DNA of 64,000 bases, taken from NCBI GenBank assembly GCA_963674965.2, contig CAXXFL010000001.1, forward strand, positions 1,536,001 to 1,600,000. Direction: 5' to 3'. Both the position numbers and the translations under genes were made by a program. The notes beneath the pieces are model-generated. The model searched no databases, was not told the DNA's origin, and was given only the letters and a program-made list of their open reading frames with translations. This DNA comes from a bacterium (GTDB taxonomy: Bacteria; RBG-13-61-14; DATKZS01). This document shows positions 49,896 through 58,961 of the stretch, piece by piece. The stretch's first letter is position 1, and each line of letters starts with the position of its first letter.

Positions 49896-51473
49896 ATGGA
49901 CGAAAAGGAACACCTTTCCGTGCCGGTATTGACTCAGTCCGAGGAAGAGGAGGCTGAGGAGGAAAAATACCGGCTCGAGCTTAACTACCTCGAGTGGATA
50001 GTGGTGGTCAACCTCTCGTCCTCGGGCGACCCCGAGGCCGTCTCCGATATCGTTTCCAAGACTCAGCTTGATCCCGACGAGCTCGAGAACGTTCTCGAGG
50101 GTCTCCGGCTCAGGGGCGTTATCTCCAGGGTCGGGGCCAACGGGGCCTCGGCCGAGGAGGATAATGACGAGATTTTCGACGAGACCGACTTCGCCCGGAT
50201 AACCGGAAGGCCCGTGAACGGCTACGCGGCCGAGGAAAATGCGCTTTCCACCGCCGAACAAGCGGAGGAGGAAGAGGGTTCCGAGGTCGAGTCGATCGAG
50301 ATGACTCTTCCCGCCAGGGAAAAAACCGCGGCCCCCGCTACCGAGAAGGCGCCACAAGAGGGGGACGATAAAGAAGGCGTCTCCGGCGAGACCGTCGCCT
50401 CTTCGGATTCTGATGCCGGCGAGACCCAGGAGGGACCCCCAAAAGTTGAAGTACCGGAAGAAGCCCGTCCCGAGGAGGCGGCGGTTTTTCAGTTCACCGA
50501 GGGCGTGGCCCGGACCCAGGTGGAAGTCGAGAGCGAGACGGCCCAGGATAAGCGGGAAAGGCCCGAAAAGGAAGACAAGCAAGACGAGGCGGTCCTGGAC
50601 GCGGAGGGCCTCTCGAGATATCTCCAGTCGTTAAAGGACAAACATTACTACGACATGCTGGGCGTCTCGCCCTCGGCGGAACGGGTCGAGATCAGGGGCG
50701 CTTACTACGATCTCGTGTCCAGGTTCCATCCCGATCAGAACCGGAACGTGGAGGACAAAAAGGTCCAGGAAATACTGGCCGACGTTTTCGGGATTCTGAC
50801 CAAGGCCTACGAGACCCTCTACCGAAAAAAGGAGAGACTGAAATACGACCGGACGATCCCCAAGGTGACGGGCGCTCAGGAAAGCGAGGAGGACGAGGCC
50901 CTGGCCATGTTGTTCGATGAGTCCAGCGCCTACCTTCCGGCCGCCAAAAAGGACTCGAAGCCGGCGGGATGGTCCTTTTACGAGGCGGCCGTCGAGGCCT
51001 TCCAGGCGGGCGACTATAACGCGGCCGACCTCAACTTCAAGCTGGCCGCGGGCATGGAGCCGGGCCGGGCCGAGTACGTCGAGGGCCTGGAGAAGACCCG
51101 GGAGATAATCAACAAGAGCCGCCTGACGGAACTGAAAAGGGAGGGCAAGTGGCAGGAGGACCAGCGGCGATACCATGAAGCCATCGCCTGTTTCAGTCAG
51201 GCCGTAGACCTGGACCCCACGGACCCGGACCTTCGTTACGCGCTGGCCAGAATCAGGTTCCTCAAGACCATGGACCGTATTCGGGCTGAGGAGGATATAA
51301 GCTGGGCCATTTCCCTTGACCCCGACCACGTGGAGGGGCTTTTGCTTCTCGGCAGAATCCAGGCCTGGAAAGGAAATTTTGAGGCGGCCATCGAGGCCTT
51401 TAAAAAGGTCCTAGCCATTCAGCCGGGACATAAAAAGGCCCACCAGGCCCTCGAGCTGTTCGCCAGCCATTAG
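49896..51473 (+). CDS. J-domain (DnaJ) protein with C-terminal TPR repeats
   Basis: YYDMLGV...FHPD J-domain, C-terminal TPR-like repeats, acidic linker. Confidence 0.88.
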   Translation: MDEKEHLSVPVLTQSEEEEAEEEKYRLELNYLEWIVVVNLSSSGDPEAVSDIVSKTQLDPDELENVLEGLRLRGVISRVGANGASAEEDNDEIFDETDFARITGRPVNGYAAEENALSTAEQAEEEEGSEVESIEMTLPAREKTAAPATEKAPQEGDDKEGVSGETVASSDSDAGETQEGPPKVEVPEEARPEEAAVFQFTEGVARTQVEVESETAQDKRERPEKEDKQDEAVLDAEGLSRYLQSLKDKHYYDMLGVSPSAERVEIRGAYYDLVSRFHPDQNRNVEDKKVQEILADVFGILTKAYETLYRKKERLKYDRTIPKVTGAQESEEDEALAMLFDESSAYLPAAKKDSKPAGWSFYEAAVEAFQAGDYNAADLNFKLAAGMEPGRAEYVEGLEKTREIINKSRLTELKREGKWQEDQRRYHEAIACFSQAVDLDPTDPDLRYALARIRFLKTMDRIRAEEDISWAISLDPDHVEGLLLLGRIQAWKGNFEAAIEAFKKVLAIQPGHKKAHQALELFASH

Positions 51474-51538
51474 CTCCTTTCGCCAAAACTTTACCTTCGC
51501 TCTTGCCCGCTCACCCCCGCTCGACTTATGCTGGAGAC

Positions 51539-53068
51539 ATGCCGAACCTTGAACCGCAAGTAAATCCTCTCGTCAGGATGAAAGGAATTGAAAAGTCCTT
51601 TCCCGGCATCCACGCTCTAAGGGGGGTGGACCTGGAACTGTTTCCCGGCGAGGTCCACGTCCTTCTGGGAGAGAACGGCGCGGGCAAGTCCACCTTGATG
51701 AAGGTGCTGGCCGGCGTGTACCAGGCCGACTCGGGCGGGATCGAGATGGAAGGACGCCCGGTTAGGCCGCGCTCGACCCTCGAGGCCCGGGGCCTGGGCG
51801 TCGTCATGGTGATGCAGGAGTTCAACCTTATCCCCGACCTGTCGGTGGCCGAGAACCTGGTGCTCATCAACCGGCCGGAAGGCCGCCTCTCGGGCCTGGT
51901 AAACAAGAAAAACATGGAGGCAAAGGCCCGGGACATATTGGAGAGGCTTGGAATAAACGTGGCCCCCGGACGCGTCGTCCGGCGTCTGTCCGTGGCGGAA
52001 AAGCAGCTCGTCGAGATAGCCAAGGCGGCCGGGCTATCGGCTCGCGTGCTCGTTCTGGACGAGCCTACCGCCGCCCTTTCCGAGGCCGAGGTGGGAAGGC
52101 TGTTCCGGCTGATAAGGGACTTGAAGGCACGGGGCGCGGCCATCGTTTATATCAGCCACCGCTTCGAGGAGATTTACGAGATCGGCGACAGGGTGACTGT
52201 CCTCCGTGACGGCGAGCGGGTCGGGTCCCATTTGATCGACTCCGTGGGCGAGCGGGAATTGATATGTGAAATGGCCGGCCGGGAGCTGGCCGATCTATAT
52301 CCAAGGCGTCGCGTCGCCCCCGGCGAGGAGGCCCTGGCCGTCCGCGGTATTTCGGTCGGAGACGAGGTGAAAAGCGTAAGCTTCACCCTGCGGCGCGGCG
52401 AGATACTGGGCCTGGGCGGGCTTATGGGCGCTGGACGCACGGCCCTGGCCAAGGCCATAATCGGGGCGGTCTTCGCCAGGGAGGGCGAGGTGTCGGTCTT
52501 TGGCCGGCGGGCGTGGTTTTCCTCTCCCCGCGCCGCCCTCGAGGCCGGGGTGGCCTACCTGACCGAGGACCGCAAGGACGAGGGGTTATTCCTGGGCAAG
52601 AGTCTGGCCTGGAACCTTTCCATATCCGATCTCGCGGGAGTCGTCAGAAGGGGCATAATCGACTTTCAAGCGGAGAAAGAGCGCGCCCGAGAGTATATCG
52701 GGAAGCTCAGGATTTCTCCGCCCGACCCGGACAAGGCGGCGGGGACCTTTTCCGGCGGCGGCCAGCAGAAGATTCTTCTGGCCAGGTGGCTGGCCTCGGG
52801 TCCGGGTATATTGATTCTTGACGAGCCCACCCGCGGGGTTGACGTGGGGGCCAAGGCGGAAATCTACTCGATCATGGACGGCTTCGTGGGACAAGGCGGC
52901 GCCGTTCTTCTGATAAGCTCAGACCTTCCCGAGCTTCTGGCCATGTCCGACAGGATCGCGGTCATGCGGGAAGGGGCCATCCAAGGCGAACTCGAGTTTG
53001 GCCGGTTCGACCAGGAAAGAGTAGTGGCCATGGCCGCCGGCGTGGACCCTTCCTCCATATCCGACTGA
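51539..53068 (+). CDS. Sugar ABC transporter ATP-binding protein (RbsA/CUT2 type)
   Basis: GENGAGKST, LDEPT twice, YISH, EDRK and DEPTRGVDVGAK. Confidence 0.93.
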   Translation: MPNLEPQVNPLVRMKGIEKSFPGIHALRGVDLELFPGEVHVLLGENGAGKSTLMKVLAGVYQADSGGIEMEGRPVRPRSTLEARGLGVVMVMQEFNLIPDLSVAENLVLINRPEGRLSGLVNKKNMEAKARDILERLGINVAPGRVVRRLSVAEKQLVEIAKAAGLSARVLVLDEPTAALSEAEVGRLFRLIRDLKARGAAIVYISHRFEEIYEIGDRVTVLRDGERVGSHLIDSVGERELICEMAGRELADLYPRRRVAPGEEALAVRGISVGDEVKSVSFTLRRGEILGLGGLMGAGRTALAKAIIGAVFAREGEVSVFGRRAWFSSPRAALEAGVAYLTEDRKDEGLFLGKSLAWNLSISDLAGVVRRGIIDFQAEKERAREYIGKLRISPPDPDKAAGTFSGGGQQKILLARWLASGPGILILDEPTRGVDVGAKAEIYSIMDGFVGQGGAVLLISSDLPELLAMSDRIAVMREGAIQGELEFGRFDQERVVAMAAGVDPSSISD

Positions 53069-53171
53069 CCATACCTATTCTTGCATTTTATTACCCCGCC
53101 CAAAGCGGCGGCGTAACCTTTCGCCCTCTCCGGCGTCTTTAGCCATTAAAAGACGTAGAGGAGAAAACAGG

Positions 53172-53366
53172 ATGTCCATAATGGTTGACGAAAACAGGTG
53201 TCCCCAAAACCACCGCTGCCCGGCGATCGGGACTTGCAAGTTCGAGGCCCTTTCCCAAAAGGGTAACGACGCCCCTAAGGTGGACGAGGAAAAATGTACC
53301 GAGTGCGGCAAGTGCGTCAGGTTCTGCCCAATGGGAGCGCTTCAAAAAGCCGACTCGCTGCATTGA
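53172..53366 (+). CDS. Small 4Fe-4S ferredoxin
   Basis: CPQNHRCP...C and CTECGKCVRFCP motifs; GAGGAG RBS. Confidence 0.88.
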   Translation: MSIMVDENRCPQNHRCPAIGTCKFEALSQKGNDAPKVDEEKCTECGKCVRFCPMGALQKADSLH

Positions 53367-53429
53367 CAAAGTCGCTGGAAGCGCGCTAATGCGCCCTCCC
53401 GGGAAAAAGCGGGGCACATGGCAGCATTA

Positions 53430-53553
53430 CCTAACGGCCAGATTCATCGGGCTTCCGAGCGAGCTTTAGCCACGCGAGCCAATAGGCCCGCGCTTCAGCG
53501 CGGGTTACTCGGCGACCCGCGTTTTGGACGAGGGCGTTTTAACGTCCTTCTCG
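53430..53553 (+). repeat. Composite REP-like repeat, copy 1 (124 bp)
   Basis: Direct repeat of 54266-54389 (8 mismatches by manual alignment); contains palindromes such as CCCGCGCTTCAGCGCGGG. Confidence 0.9.
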
Positions 53554-53572
53554 CTATGGACGCTTCAGCGAC

Positions 53573-53998
53573 CTATTCCTCCTCCGCGTCGATCCGCTCC
53601 AACCGATCGCTAACCTTGCCCGAGCCATGTCGTTCCTTCTGCCCTTCAATGTATTCCTTTACGAAATCCAAATTATTCCTGCCAAACGAAACGACGCCGT
53701 ACCCGGCCTGCCATTGCAGCGCCTTTCTACCAAGCCGCTTGTTCATGAAAAACGAACTTGCCCCCTTCAACTCGCCGATCAAATCGGAAATCAAAACCGA
53801 TGGCGCGACCGAAACGCAAAGATGGACGTGATCTTCGGTACCCCCGATGCAATGGCAAAACACTCCCGCCGCCTCGGCGCATTTATGCCGGATGAATTTG
53901 TACAACGCCTCCTCCATCTCGGACTTGATCAAGGGCCGTCCGTCCTTGGCGCGCCAAACCGCGTGCAGGTAAATCTCGGAATATACGTTTCGCGACAT
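53573..53998 (-). CDS. tnpA: IS200/IS605-family Y1 HUH transposase (RAYT-like context)
   Basis: HAVWRAK, EDHVH, LKGASS, WQAGY and YIEGQ motifs. Confidence 0.92.
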   Translation of the reverse strand: MSRNVYSEIYLHAVWRAKDGRPLIKSEMEEALYKFIRHKCAEAAGVFCHCIGGTEDHVHLCVSVAPSVLISDLIGELKGASSFFMNKRLGRKALQWQAGYGVVSFGRNNLDFVKEYIEGQKERHGSGKVSDRLERIDAEEE

Positions 53999-54027
53999 TG
54001 TCCTCTCCTCGGATAAATCCATTGTTT

Positions 54028-54133
54028 CGAGAAGCACGCTAAAGCGCCCTCCCGGAAATATCGGGGCCACCGACAACCCGCGCTGAAGCACGGGCCTGGA
54101 ACTCGCTACGCTCGGAAGGCCGTTGAAACGGCC
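54028..54133 (-). repeat. Composite REP-like repeat, inverted and diverged copy
   Basis: Reverse complement reads GGCCGTTTCAACGGCCTTCCGAGCG...GCCCGTGCTTCAGCGCGGGTT...GAGGGCGCTTTAGCGTGCTTCTCG. Confidence 0.85.
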
Positions 54134-54265
54134 AAGGCGTCGGCGGGATTCAGGTTACGTACACCGGTCCGCCAAGTTGGACTACCAGTCGCCCGTCATT
54201 ATACGGACTCGTCAGCCGTTATTTCAATTACCGTTTTCCCCGCGCGCCTCACCGTCCCAATAATC

Positions 54266-54389
54266 CCTAACGGCCCGATTCATCGGGCTTCCGAGCGAGC
54301 TTTAGCGAAGCGAGCCAATAAGCCCGTGCTTCAGCGCGGGTTACTCGGCGACCCGCGTTTTGATCAAGGGCGTTTTAACGTCCTTCTCG
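54266..54389 (+). repeat. Composite REP-like repeat, copy 3 (124 bp)
   Basis: Near-identical direct repeat of 53430-53553. Confidence 0.9.
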
Positions 54390-54555
54390 TTTCGACCCTC
54401 CTCGATGCGAAAAAAAACCTTATATTGATTAGATATACTACTTGGCCGTTATATGTCAAGCGGAAAAAAAGAACGCGTCCGGGTTATGGAACGCGCTCCC
54501 CGACATGCGCCGGGCGAGAGTCCGGCTATCCGGCGGAGGATTGGCGCAAGCGCCT

Positions 54556-57084
54556 TTACTCCCTCTCTATTTTTCCTTTTACTCCGAAATAGCTGTACTC
54601 CGCCTTGGGGGGACGGGAGGTCATCAGGCTGGCCGCGTAGCCGATGATGACGCAGGAGAGGAAGCCGGTGAAGGTGTAGAAGAGGAGGTGGACGGGGAGG
54701 TATTCCTGGACCGCGTACTGGATAAGGCCGCTGCCGATAAGGCCGGCGATGGCGCCGGGGCCGTTGGCTCGTTTCGACAATAATCCGAGCAGGAACAGGC
54801 CGCCCAGGCCGCCGGCGAGGAGTCCGATCCACTTCTGGAACTCGTTGAGCAGGGACCCGATCCTCTCCGATGAGGCCGCCATTAAAAGGGCCACGGCCGT
54901 GCCGACGATACCGACCGCGGCGGTGGCGATCTTGGCGAAGCGAAGGGCCTTTGCCTCGGAGGCGTCCTTTTTAAAGCGGCGATAATAATCGGTGGTGGCC
55001 ACGGCGGCGACCGAGTTCATGGCGCTGTCCAGGCTGGACATGGCGGCGGCGAATAGGCCGGCCACGATCAGACCGGCCGCTCCGGCGGGGAGCTGGGTCA
55101 TGATGTACCAGGGAAAGACGGCGTCGAAGTTCTGGTTGGCGGGGCTTAGCGCCTCGGGCCTGTCCTTGAAGAACACGTAAAGGGCCGTGCCCATGCCATA
55201 GAAGACGAAGGCCGCGGGTATGGTCAGGACGCCGAAGGTCCACAGGCTCCGGGCCGCGTCCTTTTCGCCGGCCGTGGTCTGATACCTTTGCACGTAAGTC
55301 TGGTCGCTGCCAGCGTTGATCATGGTATAGGCGAAGCCCCCGAGCACGGTGACCAGGAGCGTGGGAGGGGCGAGGCTGAGGCGGGAATCGATCATGTGGA
55401 GCTTGCCGTCCCGCCAGGCCACCTGGGCCAGTTCCATGGCCCCTCCGTCAAGCTTCATGATGATAAGGAAAAAGCAAAGGAAGGCCCCCCCGAGGAGGGC
55501 GATGACCTGGAGCACGTCAGTCCAGATGACCGCCTCGATGCCGCCCATTACCGTGTAGACGATGGCGATGGCGCCGATGATCAGGATGCAGCCCACCTCG
55601 CTTATCCCGGTCACGAGGGACAGGGTGAAGGCGGGGATATAAAGGACTATGGCGAAGCGGGCGAGTTGGAACGTGACGAAGGCGGCGGACCCGATGATCC
55701 GGGAGGGCAGGTTGAAGCGCGTCTCGAGGTACTCGTAGGAGGTGGTAATTTTCAGCCTCCTGAACACGGGGATATAGAAGGCCACCACCACGGGTATGGC
55801 CAGGAACTGGGCGAAGCTCATGGGCATATAGGTCAGGTCCGAGGCGAAGGTCATGGCGGGAAGAGAGATGAAGGTGATGACCGACAGCCCGGTACCGAAT
55901 ATGGACATGCCCGCCGCCCACCAGGGAACGCGGCCGCCGGCCTTGAAAAAGTCGTCCGTCGATTTTTCCCGCCTCGCGAAATAAACGCCCATCCCCAAAA
56001 GAACGATAAGGTATACTCCGAGCACGGCGTAGTTGGCGGCCCCGAACCCGGACCGCGAAAGGGGACTCATCTTCCAGACGGCGTCTCGCGGTCCGCCGCG
56101 GCCCGGCTCGAAAGTCAAAAAATTCCCTGCGTCCAGGGGCAATATAATGGACGCGGCCTCGATCTCGGGGGGCGGCGCATCCGAGGTGGACCAGGCGTTG
56201 GTCACCACGTTAAAGGCAAGCAGCGCGTCTCCCTTTCCCTCCAGGTTCAGGAATAACAGATGATAAGGCCCGGAAGGAAAGCCCCGGCCAACGGGCGCGC
56301 CGGTTGGGAAGTCATCCGGAAGGCGAACGTCCTCGAGGGGCTTCCAGCCAGGGTCCTCGAAGTCGAAGATCGAAACGGAGGATGCCTCCGGCCCCGCCTT
56401 AAAGAGAAGCACTTTATTCTGATGGTTGGTCTCCCTGGCGGCCATGACCGCTTCCGGGCCGGGATTCATCTCGGATGATCCCAACTCGCGCCAGGCGAAG
56501 TCCGGCTTATCCCGCTCGGACAGGTCAAGCGAGTACAAGGTGGACGCTTTATCGTGGGAAACCCTTGGGGGGCTTTTAGTCAAGACGAAGATTTTCTCGC
56601 CCATCGAGGTCCCGATCACGCTTTGGGTTTCCCCGGTAAGGGGAGGGAGCTTTTCGATGGCAAAGGAATTATCCTCGGGCTTGTAGGTAATAATGGACGC
56701 GGATAAAGACGCGCCCGATGGAGTTTGGCCATCAAGGCATAAAAAGCCCTTCTCCATGGGCAAGACAAGACGGCATTCCAGGGGAAGCGAAAAAGAAAGC
56801 CCGGGTTCCTCTATCCAGGCAAAGCCCTTTTCATCCTCCTCGATAACGAGGAGTTTTTCATATATTTCAGAGGCATGGGAGGATCCGTCAGGTTTTTCCC
56901 GCTTGGCGGCCAGTATCCACGCGCCCTTTTGGCCTCCCAAAAACACGAGGTCTTGATCACCAATACCGACCGGAGGCGCGGGCAGGGGAGTGTTTTCCCA
57001 GGCGAAGTAATTGGCGGACCATGCGCTGGATGGTCCCCCTACCACAAAAATAAGGGCGGCAAAGATGGCGGATAAATATTTCAA
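54556..57084 (-). CDS. Sodium:solute symporter with a large N-terminal exported (Kelch/mutarotase-like) domain
   Basis: C-terminal SSS motifs (FFKAGGRVPWW, YEYLETRF, GGIEAVIWTD, DQTYVQRY, FAAAMSSLDS); signal peptide plus ~330-aa N-terminal domain. Confidence 0.88.
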   Translation of the reverse strand: MKYLSAIFAALIFVVGGPSSAWSANYFAWENTPLPAPPVGIGDQDLVFLGGQKGAWILAAKREKPDGSSHASEIYEKLLVIEEDEKGFAWIEEPGLSFSLPLECRLVLPMEKGFLCLDGQTPSGASLSASIITYKPEDNSFAIEKLPPLTGETQSVIGTSMGEKIFVLTKSPPRVSHDKASTLYSLDLSERDKPDFAWRELGSSEMNPGPEAVMAARETNHQNKVLLFKAGPEASSVSIFDFEDPGWKPLEDVRLPDDFPTGAPVGRGFPSGPYHLLFLNLEGKGDALLAFNVVTNAWSTSDAPPPEIEAASIILPLDAGNFLTFEPGRGGPRDAVWKMSPLSRSGFGAANYAVLGVYLIVLLGMGVYFARREKSTDDFFKAGGRVPWWAAGMSIFGTGLSVITFISLPAMTFASDLTYMPMSFAQFLAIPVVVAFYIPVFRRLKITTSYEYLETRFNLPSRIIGSAAFVTFQLARFAIVLYIPAFTLSLVTGISEVGCILIIGAIAIVYTVMGGIEAVIWTDVLQVIALLGGAFLCFFLIIMKLDGGAMELAQVAWRDGKLHMIDSRLSLAPPTLLVTVLGGFAYTMINAGSDQTYVQRYQTTAGEKDAARSLWTFGVLTIPAAFVFYGMGTALYVFFKDRPEALSPANQNFDAVFPWYIMTQLPAGAAGLIVAGLFAAAMSSLDSAMNSVAAVATTDYYRRFKKDASEAKALRFAKIATAAVGIVGTAVALLMAASSERIGSLLNEFQKWIGLLAGGLGGLFLLGLLSKRANGPGAIAGLIGSGLIQYAVQEYLPVHLLFYTFTGFLSCVIIGYAASLMTSRPPKAEYSYFGVKGKIERE

Positions 57085-57177
57085 CGGCGCTGGTCCCGCT
57101 ATTTGGGAAGCAGCTTGAGTAAAACACGAGGCGAGGGAGGGGTCAAGTTTTACGAGGGAAGAGCGAATCAGCCCCCC

Positions 57178-57207
57178 AAAAAAAAGCCCCCCGAAAAGGA
57201 GGGCTTT
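57178..57207 (-). terminator. Rho-independent terminator of rplM-rpsI
   Basis: AAAGCCC...GGGCTTT hairpin with an A run on + (U tract on minus). Confidence 0.8.
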
Positions 57208-57226
57208 GAAGCTCGGATGATAGCGA

Positions 57227-57619
57227 TTAACGCTTGGAATACTGGTACCTGGCCCTGGCGGACTTTTGTCCGTATTTCTTCCTTTCCTTGGCCCGGGGGT
57301 CTCTTCTTACGAAGCCCGCTTTCTTGAGCACGCCGCGCAGGTCGGGGTCGTATTCGATAAGGGCCCGCGTAATGCCGTGCTTGACCGCTCCGGCCTGTCC
57401 GGACATTCCTCCACCCTTGACGTTGACGAAAATGTCGAACTTGCCGTCGTTGCTGGTCAGCACCAGGGGCTGCTTAACGATGAGACGGGAGGTCTTCCGG
57501 TCGAAGTAGTCCTCGAAATCTCTTTTGTTTACAACTATTTTACCGGAACCCGGTTTAAGCCTGATCCTTGCGACGGACGTTTTCCTTCTTCCCGTCGCCC
57601 AGAAGATATCTTCCTGCAT
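57227..57619 (-). CDS. rpsI: 30S ribosomal protein S9
   Basis: [20 protein letters not shown] and [19 protein letters not shown]. Confidence 0.98.
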   Translation of the reverse strand: MQEDIFWATGRRKTSVARIRLKPGSGKIVVNKRDFEDYFDRKTSRLIVKQPLVLTSNDGKFDIFVNVKGGGMSGQAGAVKHGITRALIEYDPDLRGVLKKAGFVRRDPRAKERKKYGQKSARARYQYSKR

Positions 57620-57637
57620 TGCCCTTAGACTCCTTGA

Positions 57638-58066
57638 CTAAATCTTGAGCGGTTCCGGGCACTGCGCCTTGTGGGGGTGCTCGGGTCCGGCGTAAATTTT
57701 AAGCTTGTTGATGATCTTGCGGTTAAGCTTGTTTTTGGGAAGCATGCCCTTGACGGCGGTCCGGATGATGAAATCCGGCTTGGTGTCGATCAGTTCCTTG
57801 GCCGTCGCCTTCCTGATCCCGGAGGGGTATCCCGTGTTCCGGTAGTAGGTTTTCTGCTCGAGTTTGTTTCCCGTAAGTTTGATCTTTTCCGCGTTGACCA
57901 CGATAACGAAATCGCCCGTGTCCACGTGGGGCGTATAAGACGGTTTATGCTTTCCACGCAGCACGTCGGCGATCCTGGTGGCCAGCCGGCCAAGGACCAG
58001 GTCCTCGGCGTCTACCACGTACCAGTTCCTGGTTACCTCACCAGGTTTTGCGCTTTTAGTATACAT
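57638..58066 (-). CDS. rplM: 50S ribosomal protein L13
   Basis: [27 protein letters not shown] and GMLPK. Confidence 0.98.
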   Translation of the reverse strand: MYTKSAKPGEVTRNWYVVDAEDLVLGRLATRIADVLRGKHKPSYTPHVDTGDFVIVVNAEKIKLTGNKLEQKTYYRNTGYPSGIRKATAKELIDTKPDFIIRTAVKGMLPKNKLNRKIINKLKIYAGPEHPHKAQCPEPLKI

Positions 58067-58092
58067 TTTTCACTCCCTTGCCTGGAAAAGAC

Positions 58093-58121
58093 AGGATAAC
58101 TCCATTATTCGGTTTTGTCAA
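58093..58121 (-). promoter_or_regulatory. Sigma70 promoter of rplM-rpsI
   Basis: Minus strand TTGACA-17 nt-TATCCT. Confidence 0.7.
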
Positions 58122-58277
58122 GGAGTCAAGCGCGAAAAACAAAGGACGGGCTACGCATGAATCGCCATGCTTTGGCTCCCGATACAATGACTATTCTCCC
58201 GGGGCCTCTTTTTTTCCGCAAGCTCGATGGAAAAGATTCGATTCTCGGTCAACCGTAATCGATAAGTCTCCAATATT

Positions 58278-58943
58278 TCAGGTGCTTTGCTTGAGGTTGA
58301 ATATCCGCTCTATGTCTTCCACGTCGCCCAGGATGATCAGAAGATGACTCTCCTTTATCTTGGTGTTGGCCTCGGGGATGAAGGTCTTATCTTCCGGCAC
58401 CTTGTCTTTTATGGCCAGAATCTGGCAGTGATATTTTCTTCTGAAGTCCAGTTCCTCGAGTGTCCTTCCCACCATTTCCTTAAGGGGGATCATCTCCACG
58501 ATCGAGAGGTCCGAGCCCAGGTAAAGACAGTCGGCAATGTTGGTTCCGGCCAGGCTCGAGGCCACCCTGATGCCGGTGTCCCTCTCGGGGAATACGATCT
58601 GGTTGACTCCGATCACCTCGAGGATTTTGGCGTGGTCCTCCGAGGTGGCCTTGGCCACGATCCTCTTGATGCCCAGTTCCTTGAGGTGCATGGCGGCCAG
58701 AACGGACGACTCGAGCTTGTCGCCCAGGCTGAGGACGACCGCGTCCAGACGGTGGAGGGACATCTTCTCCAGGACCCGCTTGTCCGTGGCGTCGGCGATA
58801 ATGGCCTTGGCCACCTTGGACTTGATCTTATCGACCATGGACTCCTCGCGGTCTATGACCAGGACCTCGTTCCCGAGCTCGGAAAGCCTGAGGGCCAGGT
58901 AATAACCGAAACTGCTCATGCCGATAACCGCTATCTGTTTCAT
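58278..58943 (-). CDS. TrkA/KtrA-family K+ uptake regulatory (RCK) subunit
   Basis: AVIGMSSFG, IVAKA...HAKILE and VFPERDTG. Confidence 0.92.
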   Translation of the reverse strand: MKQIAVIGMSSFGYYLALRLSELGNEVLVIDREESMVDKIKSKVAKAIIADATDKRVLEKMSLHRLDAVVLSLGDKLESSVLAAMHLKELGIKRIVAKATSEDHAKILEVIGVNQIVFPERDTGIRVASSLAGTNIADCLYLGSDLSIVEMIPLKEMVGRTLEELDFRRKYHCQILAIKDKVPEDKTFIPEANTKIKESHLLIILGDVEDIERIFNLKQST

Positions 58944-58961
58944 TCAGGGTCCTCCTCCAAG

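Noticed and set aside
53430-54389. CRISPR array
   Set aside because: The repeats are long, palindromic and only three in number, in mixed orientation with no regular spacers and no cas genes.
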